From: a virus | Lineage: Duplodnaviria > Caudoviricetes | Direction: 5' to 3' (one strand) | DNA length: 64,000 nucleotides | Virus record (IMG/VR): IMGVR_UViG_3300029288_004944 | Coordinates: 1-64,000 of that record | Part shown: piece by piece, positions 9,952 through 20,935 of the stretch | Position numbering within the stretch: position 1 is the first letter of the stretch | Layout of the letters: each line of letters starts with the position of its first letter | Notes under the pieces: model-generated | The model's database searches: none | Told to the model about the DNA's origin: nothing | Seen by the model: only the letters and a program-made list of their open reading frames with translations | Made by a program: the position numbers and the translations under genes

Positions 9952-12819
9952 TTAAGATTCAAGAGCCATCAGTTGCTGTGTAAGATCAGAGATCTCATCA
10001 GCCTTTGCCTGTGCTCCGCTTATCCAACCCCATATCTTTGAAAAAGCACTCTTTATCCAATCAAATATACCTGCATTTTTTAGATAACTATTAACTCTTG
10101 GATATTGAACAATATCTTCTTTTGGTCCGGCTTTTTCAATTTTTGCCATTTCTAATTTTGTCTGCACACCCTTTAACGCACTAATAGTTCTACCCAAAAT
10201 AACAATAGCCTCATCACATTTTCCCTTAAGAGCATCCTCTATTTGCTTCATATCCAATGTTATCTCCGGCTGTTTGCCCAACTCAGGTACATACTTACGA
10301 TATGCAATATTGTTCAGGTCATTAGTAATTTTTACCACAATAGTGCCCGTATCAGAAACCTGACTTCTAAAAGTTTCTGTTATTTCATCTGTGATTTGCT
10401 GTTTTTTCATTACAATATCACTATATCCTTTTGATTTTTTCATTTCTTGAACTTGTTTTTCAGCATCTTCCTTCAATTTATTACCAGCTAAATCCAAAGA
10501 CTTTATTTGACTATCATATTCTGCCAATATTTCTATCCTTTTTGAAATTTCAGGATCAACAGGAGCCTCAACGGATTTTGTTTCTTCTACCCATTCAGGC
10601 CTTTTCTTTAAATCCCTAACACCTACGCTCTGTTTTAATATCGCATCTATCTCATTTGGAGTTAAAGATTTAAGCCATTTATAGAATACACCACCACGAA
10701 TCTCAGACAAACTTACCTTAGCATCTCTATTAATTTCAGAATTTTCAGTACTACCATGCTCTGCAATACCCACAACATCACTAATCTCATTCAAATCATT
10801 CCATTCTTCATCTGTTACATTATTTACCAAAAAAACATTTACAATATTTTCTTCTTTAAAATAATCACCCTGTAAAATCCATTCTATTTTTTCCTTTAAT
10901 TCATCCCCATCAATATCAATCCATATACTATAAAAATTTGTTGGACCTGTAATTAAATCATAATCCCATTCATTTCCCCTCTCAAAACCTATCATATCAG
11001 CATTAGTGGGCTCCTTCTTAGTTTCTATATGTAAAGTATAAGTTGCTTCAGAATCTATATCTGCTATTTTATCAACACCCATTCCTATATGTTTTGCATT
11101 CAATTTAAAAGGTTTTAAGTGTTTTTCCACTATATCAATTGCTTTATCTAAAACTGCATTAAAAACTTTTTCATTTTCTTCAGTAAAATTCAAGTTATTT
11201 CCATTATTTTTTACATCAATATCAAATGTTTTATTATCTTCGTCAACATAAATTTTCAATATCAAACCATTACAATTTTTAGCCACATCTTCTATTGCCT
11301 CATCTATTTTTTTATTAAGAGAATTTATCTCATCCGATACTTTATTCACACTTGATTTCTTTTCAGGAACATCGTATCCCTTTTTTCTTGCCATACTATA
11401 TGCCTGTGCTATTGCCTGATCTTGGGATTTACCTTCTTCTACCAATAATTTAATTTTATTGCTTATCCACGATTGGGCATCATCGCTCATTTTATTTGAT
11501 ACTTTATTCTGTCCTTTTTGACTTTCCTCAAATTTTTCAAGTTCCTTCATGGTATCTCTTATACCTTCCTCTACTTCTTCGATTGTAGCATTATTCTCAG
11601 CAAAAGAACCTACATTAAATACATCCACTTCTCTACCATCTTGAGAATAAACATGAATCATGTGTCCACCAAACCAAGCATACGTCAAATCAGTTTCAGG
11701 ATCATGCTTTACATATTTAGCTCCATCAAGCCATGCTGTAGATTTTTTATTTATCTTTGCCTTAACCCATTCCTTATCCGGCTGATAATAACGCATCATA
11801 TGATCTTCTGTGCACAAAAATCTTCCAAACCTTTCTTCTTGTGCTTCAATAATATATCCTGCTGTTGGATCAAATGTTGCTACTTTGCCAACAGTACCTG
11901 CGGGAATGATCAACCCCGTTGCTGTATCAACTAATTTTGATGTAATTATAATATCCTCTTTATCTTTATATTTTGCTTGTACCTTGGTAGCATTAATTAA
12001 ATCTACCATCCATTGACCTTGTGGTATCTCAGAAAAAGCAACTTTATTTAAAGATGCTTTCTTTTCTACTTCAACATCTTCATTAATTATCTCAACTTTA
12101 TCGGAAAACATTGCATCTGATATGACCTTTTCAGCATTTTCACCATTCGGAGAAAGAATATCAACAACAGAAACTAATTTATCTTGTGAAAATTCATCAA
12201 AAGCAACAACCTTATTCCCGTTGAAAGACACAACAATCCTTCCAACTTCAGGATTATTCTGATTTGCATAAAAATCCACATCATAATCCCTAAAACCCAT
12301 ATGGCCTTCAGCACATTTATGCCAAGTAGATCCATCGGGAATCTCCTGAATTTCAGCCGTAATATCTCTTAATCCCGGCACAATCTCGGAAATTTTTGAC
12401 TTAACATACTCATCGCTAAACAAAATCCCAATTCTTTCTTTATTTTTCACTACTTTATAACTCATCTTTGTTGCCTCCTTAACAGGAAATAAATTAAATA
12501 ATTCATCGGCCTCTTTTGCAGCCTCATCCTTAGTATCATCATCTACCTGCTTATCTATAATACCGGTAATCATTTTCTTTATACTTAAAAACTTATCAAC
12601 CATTGTATTTTTATCATTAAACCCAACACTTGAAAGCCACATAGTGCTACTTTTCCACTTTATTTTAATCTCATAAGGATATTCTCTTTCTGCATTAAAA
12701 GAAGGAGATGATATATTATCAAATGTCGCTATCTCAACTATATCCAATCTATAATCAGGGGATTTAGGATTAATAATCGTAAACTCATTTCTACTTAAAA
12801 TATTATCTTGTGGATTCAT
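9952..12819 (-). CDS. Large modular acidic protein (putative polyprotein/virion protein)
   Basis: Start MNPQD after AGGAG; modules separated by KKASLNKVA, KINKKS, NKVS, KKSSVNKVS, DKIA, LKNA. Confidence 0.8.
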   Translation of the reverse strand: MNPQDNILSRNEFTIINPKSPDYRLDIVEIATFDNISSPSFNAEREYPYEIKIKWKSSTMWLSSVGFNDKNTMVDKFLSIKKMITGIIDKQVDDDTKDEAAKEADELFNLFPVKEATKMSYKVVKNKERIGILFSDEYVKSKISEIVPGLRDITAEIQEIPDGSTWHKCAEGHMGFRDYDVDFYANQNNPEVGRIVVSFNGNKVVAFDEFSQDKLVSVVDILSPNGENAEKVISDAMFSDKVEIINEDVEVEKKASLNKVAFSEIPQGQWMVDLINATKVQAKYKDKEDIIITSKLVDTATGLIIPAGTVGKVATFDPTAGYIIEAQEERFGRFLCTEDHMMRYYQPDKEWVKAKINKKSTAWLDGAKYVKHDPETDLTYAWFGGHMIHVYSQDGREVDVFNVGSFAENNATIEEVEEGIRDTMKELEKFEESQKGQNKVSNKMSDDAQSWISNKIKLLVEEGKSQDQAIAQAYSMARKKGYDVPEKKSSVNKVSDEINSLNKKIDEAIEDVAKNCNGLILKIYVDEDNKTFDIDVKNNGNNLNFTEENEKVFNAVLDKAIDIVEKHLKPFKLNAKHIGMGVDKIADIDSEATYTLHIETKKEPTNADMIGFERGNEWDYDLITGPTNFYSIWIDIDGDELKEKIEWILQGDYFKEENIVNVFLVNNVTDEEWNDLNEISDVVGIAEHGSTENSEINRDAKVSLSEIRGGVFYKWLKSLTPNEIDAILKQSVGVRDLKKRPEWVEETKSVEAPVDPEISKRIEILAEYDSQIKSLDLAGNKLKEDAEKQVQEMKKSKGYSDIVMKKQQITDEITETFRSQVSDTGTIVVKITNDLNNIAYRKYVPELGKQPEITLDMKQIEDALKGKCDEAIVILGRTISALKGVQTKLEMAKIEKAGPKEDIVQYPRVNSYLKNAGIFDWIKSAFSKIWGWISGAQAKADEISDLTQQLMALES

Positions 12820-12829
12820 TTTACTCCTT

Positions 12830-13729
12830 TTATTTGGTATTTTGCTTACCATTTTCCTGTTTATCAATTGTTGTCTGATATGATTTTATTTCACGCCTAA
12901 TTGCGGCAGATAAAGGATTAATAAATTGAGGACACACACTCAATATGGCCTTATATATCGCTCTATATATCCCATCAAGATACCCGTGCACAATATTCAC
13001 AACAACAGTCTGTTCTGTTCCCTTCAACTCTCCTGACAATTTTGATGTTAATTCAACCATTTGCCTTAATTCGCCAATATAACTGGGTAATATTTTTTGT
13101 AAATCTTTATCATTACTGTCTTCGGCCAACACCTTGATCTTGTATGCCAATAAAAGAATTACAGACTTTAGAAGTTGATACTTGTCAATATCTCCTCTTT
13201 CAGACATTTCATCAATAGCATTCATCAGATCTTTTGTCCGAATAATGCCACCTTGATCTATAACCTTCAAAACTTTCTTTTTGCTTTCATACCAATTTCT
13301 ATATTTATCCAACGATGGCTGAGATACGCCATCCAAAGATTTCCATATCTTTGGATAAGATTTTTCCAATACCTTCATAATATTTTTTGAACCAAGACCA
13401 TTATCAATTAGATTATTAACAATATCAAGATCTTCTTGTGGTAAAAGCCTTAATTTACCCATATAAGAATTAATACTATCATCTTTTTCTAATAACTTTT
13501 CAGTATCCTCAACAATATTATCAATGGAATCATTAGTAGACTTGGGACAGACTTGGGACAGATTTAAGACAGAAGTATCCTTAACATCTTTTGATGTGCT
13601 CTCTACAATTTGAGCATCAGTATATTCTTCTTTTTTCTCTGGCTCAGGATCAGACTTAAGTCCATTCTCCAATTCAGACATTGTAAAATAGGTTTTTTCA
13701 CTTTGTTTTTTATCATCCATTATTTCCAC
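12830..13729 (-). CDS. Possible terminase small subunit (DUF3486/Mu gp27-like HTH + coiled coil)
   Basis: LIDNGLGSKNIMKVLE...VSQPSLDKYR HTH-like segment followed by helices; lies in the packaging region. Confidence 0.4.
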   Translation of the reverse strand: MEIMDDKKQSEKTYFTMSELENGLKSDPEPEKKEEYTDAQIVESTSKDVKDTSVLNLSQVCPKSTNDSIDNIVEDTEKLLEKDDSINSYMGKLRLLPQEDLDIVNNLIDNGLGSKNIMKVLEKSYPKIWKSLDGVSQPSLDKYRNWYESKKKVLKVIDQGGIIRTKDLMNAIDEMSERGDIDKYQLLKSVILLLAYKIKVLAEDSNDKDLQKILPSYIGELRQMVELTSKLSGELKGTEQTVVVNIVHGYLDGIYRAIYKAILSVCPQFINPLSAAIRREIKSYQTTIDKQENGKQNTK

Positions 13730-13753
13730 CTTAACATTTTTCTTTCAACACTA

Positions 13754-14446
13754 TTACGGATTTACAATTGTGAATATCCAAGCCGACTGATTTGTATCTT
13801 CTGCTGAGACTTTATAATCTATTCCACTAATATTAATCTCTGTGCCCACTCCAAAATTATCAGGGCAAGCATTCTTTTGTTTTTGAAATGATCTTGGAGC
13901 ATTACCCACATCAATACTCATTGTCTCACCCTTATCATCTATTCCAAGTTCAGCAGATTTTTTATTTTCAGACTTTGTAAAAAAATCAGAAGCCTCATTT
14001 ATTGCTTTATCCAAACTATCTTCTGATTCTTCAACCTCAATAGACTTCGATTCTTGAATTTGTTTTTCAAATTCTTCATTATCTATAGAAACAACGCCTT
14101 CGGCGATCTTTACAGTAAAAGAGCCAATCTTTGTCTCTTTGGCATAAACAAATTTAGCAGACACATTTAATTTTCCTGTCGCCAATTCGTTATCTCCAAA
14201 AACAAGTTCGGCTTTTGGCTCACTAAACTTAACGTTCATAACATCTAAAGACTGAAATTTTTTCTGCAATGCAGATTCAAAACTCTCTATTATTTCCTGT
14301 TCTCTACGTTTATTCACAAAATTTTCTGTATCTATAACCATAGATACTCCTTCCTGAGTCTCATGGAGATTTGTTTTATCCAAAATCTCTCTATCTTTAT
14401 CCACATATTCATTCGCACTTCTCTTTACATTCAAATCGTCTTGCAT
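13754..14446 (-). CDS. Hypothetical acidic protein
   Basis: 230 aa, GGAGG RBS; LNVKRSA leader, NKKSA linker. Confidence 0.75.
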   Translation of the reverse strand: MQDDLNVKRSANEYVDKDREILDKTNLHETQEGVSMVIDTENFVNKRREQEIIESFESALQKKFQSLDVMNVKFSEPKAELVFGDNELATGKLNVSAKFVYAKETKIGSFTVKIAEGVVSIDNEEFEKQIQESKSIEVEESEDSLDKAINEASDFFTKSENKKSAELGIDDKGETMSIDVGNAPRSFQKQKNACPDNFGVGTEINISGIDYKVSAEDTNQSAWIFTIVNP

Positions 14447-14502
14447 TTTTGACCTCCATTTTATATTTTAAATATTATTACAAATTTCATATTAAATCCT
14501 TT

Positions 14503-15627
14503 TTAGTCATACGCATTTTCACCCAAAACAAACATTTTTCTTTTATTGTCTATGGTATACTTAACCATATCATCGCCCTCAAGAAACTCTAAACACTCTC
14601 CATATGTTCCTTCAAATAAATCTTTATCAAGATTTTCATCATAAACTTTCCATTCATCGGAAGATTCAATATCACTAAAACTTATACTTGCTATATAATA
14701 CTTATCTCCCTCTTTCCACACAACTTCATCTCCTTGAGGATGACCAATTTGTCTAACAATAAGTCTTTCTTTTTTACTTGTTGGCAATTCACCACCACAA
14801 AGTTCATAAGCCTCTTCTCTTCCAATTTCTACAGCATCACCCCTTACCTGTCTTATTATTGCCTTCTTATCCACAAAAGATTTTAATTTTGTAGATAATG
14901 CAAATGTACCATCATCCTGCTCTTTATATTTCGGATTTGCTTGTTGATATTTTTTAACCAACCTATTAAACTCACTATCAGCATCTATCCATGGACCACC
15001 TTCATCAAAATCACGTGCTATTATATTTGCTTCTTTTTCCATTTCAGTATACACACCAAGATGACCACCCAAAATAAAATTTATAAAATCTTCAGGAGAA
15101 AATTCTTGCATTTTTGTATAAGTATATCTTACAAGATTTTGTGCATCATTATAAAAATCTGAAGGAGAATCAGATTTCTTGTTCAAAGATGCTTTTGGAT
15201 TTGCTTTTTCGAATTCCTCACGTTCTTTTCTCGTGTGTCCCCCACAAACTTTATTTGGATCTCCACCAACAGGGCACTCTTTTATTGGTTTTCCACAATA
15301 TGGACATTTTGTTGCCCTATCCGCTTTTTTACCTATAGTTGCTTCTTTCATTATTGCTTTCACTTTCTCAAAATTCACTTTTGGCAATTTAATTTTATCT
15401 GCCCACGTCTCAAATGTCAAATCAGGGCTTGCAACTTTTTCTTTATTGTACATTTCCAATATCTGTTCGGCCTGAAGTTCGGCAACCCTAACCAACACAT
15501 CTTTGCCATTTTTCTTTTTTAAGTCCCAAAAATCCTGATCAGCAGATTTATCGGCATCTTTCTTTTTCTTGGACGATTCGGGATTCAGTCCGCAAAATTC
15601 TTTTATCTCACCTAAAAAATCTTCCAT
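14503..15627 (-). CDS. Modular acidic protein
   Basis: 374 aa; linkers EKVAS, IGKKA, KASLNKKS, VDKKA; one CPYC zinc module. Confidence 0.8.
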   Translation of the reverse strand: MEDFLGEIKEFCGLNPESSKKKKDADKSADQDFWDLKKKNGKDVLVRVAELQAEQILEMYNKEKVASPDLTFETWADKIKLPKVNFEKVKAIMKEATIGKKADRATKCPYCGKPIKECPVGGDPNKVCGGHTRKEREEFEKANPKASLNKKSDSPSDFYNDAQNLVRYTYTKMQEFSPEDFINFILGGHLGVYTEMEKEANIIARDFDEGGPWIDADSEFNRLVKKYQQANPKYKEQDDGTFALSTKLKSFVDKKAIIRQVRGDAVEIGREEAYELCGGELPTSKKERLIVRQIGHPQGDEVVWKEGDKYYIASISFSDIESSDEWKVYDENLDKDLFEGTYGECLEFLEGDDMVKYTIDNKRKMFVLGENAYD

Positions 15628-15663
15628 ATATTCTAACCTCCTATATATATCAATTTTACGCTA

Positions 15664-15690
15664 TAAACCGGCATCTTTAATGCTACGGCT
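15664..15690 (-). terminator. Probable hairpin terminator
   Basis: Minus strand AGCCGTAGCATTAAAGATGCCGGTTTAT just after the stop at 15697. Confidence 0.45.
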
Positions 15691-15696
15691 GATATG

Positions 15697-16347
15697 CTAT
15701 ACTATATTTAAATTAGGTTTAGCAGGATCTATATTCCTATATTCTTCACTCCATTCCCCTTTCTTTGACTCAACTTTCTCCAACAGGCCGAATTCATTTG
15801 GTTGAACTCTGAATGTCCGACCGGAAGGAATACTGATATTTATACTGCCATCTTGCTCAATAGCATCTACCATAGCGATTGTCGATCCAAGAACGTTCAA
15901 TTCAGGCACATCCTTGGTGAAACGAACTCTGCTGTTCACTTCAAAAGATGACTTGACGGTAGGGCTTTGTGGCGTTCCTGGTGCATTCTGTTGACCGGGA
16001 GCATTCTGCTGAGGATTCACAGGTTTTTGAGCCGGATTTGCAGGATTTCCACCCTTTAATGCCTTAATCTTGCCGATCGCTTCTTCAAGGATCTTAACTA
16101 CCTGAGATACCATATCGCCACTTTGAGGAACAGGAGATTTAGGGGCGGGTTTAGGAACGGGTTTGACACCGGGATTCTTAGCGGGCGATTGACCGGGTAA
16201 ACCTTTCTTCGCAGGCTGATCAAGGGATGGATTGATGTCTTGAGGTTGACCACCACGTTGGGGGGAAGGAATGGGGGTTTCAACACCTTCTATCCCATCA
16301 TCTGCTTCTTTCTTAAATCTATTCATCGCTTCTTTTAATTCTAACAT
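15697..16347 (-). CDS. Pro/Gln-rich protein with C-terminal SH3-like module
   Basis: Leader ends FKKEA; KSS-FEVNSRVRFTKDV beta module. Confidence 0.75.
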   Translation of the reverse strand: MLELKEAMNRFKKEADDGIEGVETPIPSPQRGGQPQDINPSLDQPAKKGLPGQSPAKNPGVKPVPKPAPKSPVPQSGDMVSQVVKILEEAIGKIKALKGGNPANPAQKPVNPQQNAPGQQNAPGTPQSPTVKSSFEVNSRVRFTKDVPELNVLGSTIAMVDAIEQDGSINISIPSGRTFRVQPNEFGLLEKVESKKGEWSEEYRNIDPAKPNLNIV

Positions 16348-16386
16348 ATTTTCCTCCTATTTTTTTATATTACTTATTTCTTTAAT

Positions 16387-19300
16387 TTAATTTATTCTCC
16401 AATACACAAATCCATTTACAGTCTCACTTGATTCTTCATCATAACTTGAAATAAAATGTTGCCAACCATCTTGACTAATAGCATCATCTGCTGCCCTATT
16501 TACATCAATTAAATTATTTTCTTTTACTATTCTTGCTGCTTCCTCTTCTCCAAAATTAAATCTATAATGTTCCAAACCTCCATCTCCTTCATTTATTTGA
16601 TCAGTAGTCATTTGTTCTACAAACTCATCTTTTTTGCTTTCAAAATCAAAATTCTTATCTTTTCCTTCTTCTTCAGATATAATCCCTCTTTCAACCATTT
16701 CTGCCGCCAATCTATTAACATATTCATCGGATGTTTCTAATTCAATATCATCAACATATCCTTGATTAAATTCATTATACATTTCTATAAAAATATTTTG
16801 GGCGGACTGTTCACTGATACACCCCATCAACCAATCGTTATCAAATAACTCAAATGGTTCATCTTCTAAATCATCTATCACCCTTTCTCTCGCATAGCCT
16901 TCGGCAGACTCTTCATTTTCTGCCACCTAATATTCTCTATCTCCCACATTAATAGTTGCTATATTATCATTAATTGAAATCTCAATTTTATTAGGTTTGA
17001 CTTTTAACTCCTTAGACATTTCCGAAATTATATTTTCTTCTGTAAATTCCAATTCTGATTTCTTATTCAACGAAGAAGAAATCGTCTCAACAGCCTCTGT
17101 GCTTGTGGTTGTTGCGATCGGAACTTGTACCCACATACTTGTGCCATCTACGTTCTTCTTGACAACCCATTTATATCCGGGGGTTGGGGGAGCCGTTGGC
17201 TTCGCATCTGCCTTTTTCCATATTATATTTTCATAGATCTCTCCTACCTCATCTTTGCTAAATTTAGCTGTCCACACTTTATCAACCTTATCAATCAATT
17301 CAATCAATTCAACCTCTTCATTTTCTTCTCCCGGCAAAGATTGTAAAATAACCTTATCTCCTGACTTATATGCCTTTTTCTCTACACCATCATCTTCTCC
17401 ATTTTCAATCTCACTATTTTCATCATCATTATCTATTTCAATATTTTTTTTTGACTTATCCTTTTTTCTTTTCTCCGTTTTTTCCTTATGATCTTCAAGC
17501 ATATTCAAAGCCTGAACGAATTTTATAATATCATCAGGCTTTGTCGCTTCATCTAATTGCTTCTTTACCTCACGAATTTTGGATGTAAGAGAAGCAGATT
17601 TTAAATTAGCAATACTTATTTTTTTCTTTTCTGCAATCATTTTAGCATAATACTCAACCAACTCCTTTGACATCGCATATCCTTCATCTGTCGTAGGATG
17701 TTTATCCGCGTGCATTATAGTACCAACAATAGCATCATCGACTGCCTGTTTTTCAGATTTTGTTGGCAAATAAATAGATAACAATTCTTCAAAATACTTT
17801 TTATCAGCATCAGACAACTCTGCCTTAATGTTTAATTTTTCTTCTTTCTTTTGTTCTTTCAAAACTTGTTCCGGTGTCTTATCCATTTCTTTCTGATAAT
17901 CTTTCAATAACATATCATACTTAATCGGACTTTTTACTCTTGGCTTTTCTTTCTCAGATTTTTTTAAATTCAAATTTGCCCTATTATCAAGCAATGCTTC
18001 ATCCCCTTCTTTCCAATCTCCTCCTGTACTATTCCATATCCTACCATTATAACTTATTCTTGCCACAGGTTGGTTTGTTGCTGTATCATATATTTTACAA
18101 TAAGGCACATTTCCACTACCTAAATTATTGTCATCTCTAAACTTCTCAAAAATACTACGAACTTCCTCAAGAGAATCTGCATAATGAGTTTCTTTTGGAA
18201 TTTTTACTGTTCCCTCGTGGCTATCTTTATCAAAATCAGGATTAGGCACTGCCGATAGATCAAATTTATATTTACCTTTAGATTTTTTATCAACAACATC
18301 TGCCTTACGAATAATTACCTTTTTATTAAAAGAAGATTCAATGTGTTGTCCAACATTTTGTTCCCAATATTTATCAAAATCCTTTATATATGTGTTAATC
18401 ACATACTCCATACTTTCAGATTCGAGTATATCTTCTTTTCTTATATCGAAATATTCTCCACTATCTTTTTGGAATACAAGAAATTCATCTCCATCATCAT
18501 CTACTACCACGCTTACTTTTATACCAAGTTCATCACCTTTTTCCTGTATTTTGTCTATATCAATAACTTCATCGATTTCGTCTGCTTTTATCTTTATTGA
18601 AGATTCTACAGCATTAACTTCTTCCTTTACTTCTTCAATAGAATTATCTTTATCTTCTACCTTACCCTCATCACTTACTGATTCCACACAGATAGGAGTA
18701 ATTGCTACCCCAGAATCTAATACAAAAATATTATGAATCCCATTTTTATATTTGCCACGAATTCCATAAAAACCATAAGGAGCCAAATCATTAGATATGG
18801 CATAATGTGTAGCCGGAATTTTGAATTCTTTTATAGTTGACTTTATACCTTCGCCTGGTCCCATAGGCACAGTTTCACCTTTTTTAATTTCTCTCCATTC
18901 CATATTACGAATTGCCGATTCGACATCTTCTTTGTTAATTCCTGGTTCGTTAAATCTATCAACCCTTTCGGCATTTTCCAATTCCCTTAATCCTACTTCT
19001 GTCCAATGTAATCCACCATCTTCTGCCTTTCTTTTCATTGAAGATTCAATCTCTTGTCCTGGATATAAAATTTCCCATATCTCTGCTCGTTCCTCACTAT
19101 TCAAATAGTGATCTCTTGCTTCTTCTATTGCATCACACACATCATTAACAATCTCAGAGGGAGTAGGAACAATATTCATAGATTGAAAATACTTTTCAGA
19201 CTCTAATGCTTCATCTTTAACTTGCTTTTCATCAAACTCTGCTTTCTTTTCAATTATATCAACTCCATTACCCTTCAACTGACTAACAACTTCCTCAAAT

Positions 19301-19557
19301 ACATATTCCTCAACTTCTTTTCTCAGTTCAGAATCTTCTATTTGCCATTGATCTTCTTTACCATTAGAAGTTTGTGTTTTTTTCACATCCCTTAAAATAT
19401 CCGAAATACCCGGATGATCAGCCACAATCCTTCTAACTTCACTACTCTCTATTACATCAGCCAAATCATTATTTATATAATCAGCAATTCTACTAACAAC
19501 AGATACAACATTAATCTTGGCATTTCGCTCTAATTTCTTTATATCTATCTTTGACAT
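16387..19557 (-). CDS. Large modular acidic protein interrupted by an in-frame TAG at 16927-16929 (or two abutting genes)
   Basis: 876-aa ORF ends GDREY-TAG and the same frame continues VAENEESAEGYARE for 179 aa; linkers IESSMKRKA, VESSIKIKA, IESSFNKKVIIRKA, LNIKA, VEKKA, SSSLNKKS. Confidence 0.75.
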
Positions 19558-19626
19558 TTATAATACCTCCCAATAAATCTATTTAATCCTTATCTCTATT
19601 ATTTCAATTTATGGCCTATCATTAAA

Positions 19627-20802
19627 TCATTTATCCCCAGGACATGGCAAGATATCATATTTATTTTTCTCTTCTAATTCTTCATTTTTTGCTTTTCTCC
19701 ATTGCATTACTTCTTCCCAACATTTTTTACATAAATAACTATTACTACTACCACCCTCTTTTAACTTATGTATAGTCTTACCCTGTCCAAAATCACAAGC
19801 ATCACAACCACTTGAATGGTATTCATCTTCTTCTTCTGATACTATTTTCATTGCTTCTTCAATCGACAATTTTTCTTTTTTAAAAGCATCCATAAAATCT
19901 TTTTTATCTTCTTCGTCCATATCTCTTTTATCCATTATTTCTAAACACTGAATAAATAAATCCAAATTACTACCAATTTCTTCTTTAACATAAGGTATGT
20001 TGCCCTTTAACCATTCTTCAACTAATTTTTCAGCAAAAGATACATTACTATAATCTTCTTTCGTTTTTAAATCATTCGTTGTTTTATCTTGTTTAGATTT
20101 TTTTGGCCATTTATTTTTTCCCAAATCTTTAGGTTCGGGAATTATAACCATGTCTGCAGGATTGTCAGAATCCATGTCTTCCTGTACAACCTCTTCCCAT
20201 CCTTGTGGAGCATATTCTTCCACATCTCCAACAAGATATTCTCCTATAAATTCTTTTTCTCCTTTTTTTCCCTTTCTATATATTCTAAATACTTCAGCAT
20301 CGGGATCTTGCCCAAAAGAAGCATAATCTCTATACATAATTGTATTATTTAAATCCAATGTAGGGAGAAACGACTCAGATCTCATGTCTATAGCCTGCTT
20401 TGTATATTCTCCCACAGTTTTTTTATCAGGCTCTTTCAAGCCAACAGCATCATATCCATCTTTCTGACCAACAGATTCTCTCTCCCATGTATCATAATTT
20501 ACATTTGATACCTCATATTGTGTTTTAACTTCTTTTTCTTTACCTTCATTGTCTTTTATTTTATCTGAAAACTCAACTACAACACCGTTCACATATGTTT
20601 CCACAATCTTTCCACCTTTGAATGATTGCCCAATCTTGTAGGGATTTTCCTCATATAAAAACCAACTTTTTTGTACATCCTTCATTGAATTATCCTGCTC
20701 TTGTGGCAATGTATTTCTATAACGATTTAGTGGATTCTTTTCTCCCTCTTCTTTATTTTCAATCGTAGTTCCTGGAATCAATTTCTTTTTATCTTCTGCC
20801 AT
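19627..20802 (-). CDS. Acidic hypothetical protein with C-terminal Cys module
   Basis: 391 aa, GGAGGAG RBS; CDAC...LCKKCW. Confidence 0.8.
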   Translation of the reverse strand: MAEDKKKLIPGTTIENKEEGEKNPLNRYRNTLPQEQDNSMKDVQKSWFLYEENPYKIGQSFKGGKIVETYVNGVVVEFSDKIKDNEGKEKEVKTQYEVSNVNYDTWERESVGQKDGYDAVGLKEPDKKTVGEYTKQAIDMRSESFLPTLDLNNTIMYRDYASFGQDPDAEVFRIYRKGKKGEKEFIGEYLVGDVEEYAPQGWEEVVQEDMDSDNPADMVIIPEPKDLGKNKWPKKSKQDKTTNDLKTKEDYSNVSFAEKLVEEWLKGNIPYVKEEIGSNLDLFIQCLEIMDKRDMDEEDKKDFMDAFKKEKLSIEEAMKIVSEEEDEYHSSGCDACDFGQGKTIHKLKEGGSSNSYLCKKCWEEVMQWRKAKNEELEEKNKYDILPCPGDK

Positions 20803-20844
20803 TTGATCTCCTCCAATTTAAATTTTAATATATTATTTTATTAA

Positions 20845-20933
20845 TCCTCCGACAAAGGATATCCTTGCCGGCTTAAAAACCGGAGAGCACGAGCAACTCC
20901 GGGCCAATGAGACACAGGTCTCAAAGGGATGAC
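20845..20933 (-). terminator. Structured intergenic element including a probable intrinsic terminator
   Basis: Minus strand: TGAGAC-CTGT-GTCTCA hairpin, then CCGGAG-N11-CTCCGG followed by TTTTT. Confidence 0.65.
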
Positions 20934-20935
20934 TC

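Noticed and set aside
16927-16929. Genome-wide TAG recoding (genetic code 15)
   Set aside because: Very long ORFs are intact under code 11, coding density is already high, TAG ends genes right before the next RBS (e.g. 60799), and the other premature stop is TAA
20845-20933. Hammerhead ribozyme or SAM-I riboswitch
   Set aside because: No CUGAUGA/GAAA core and no SAM-I consensus
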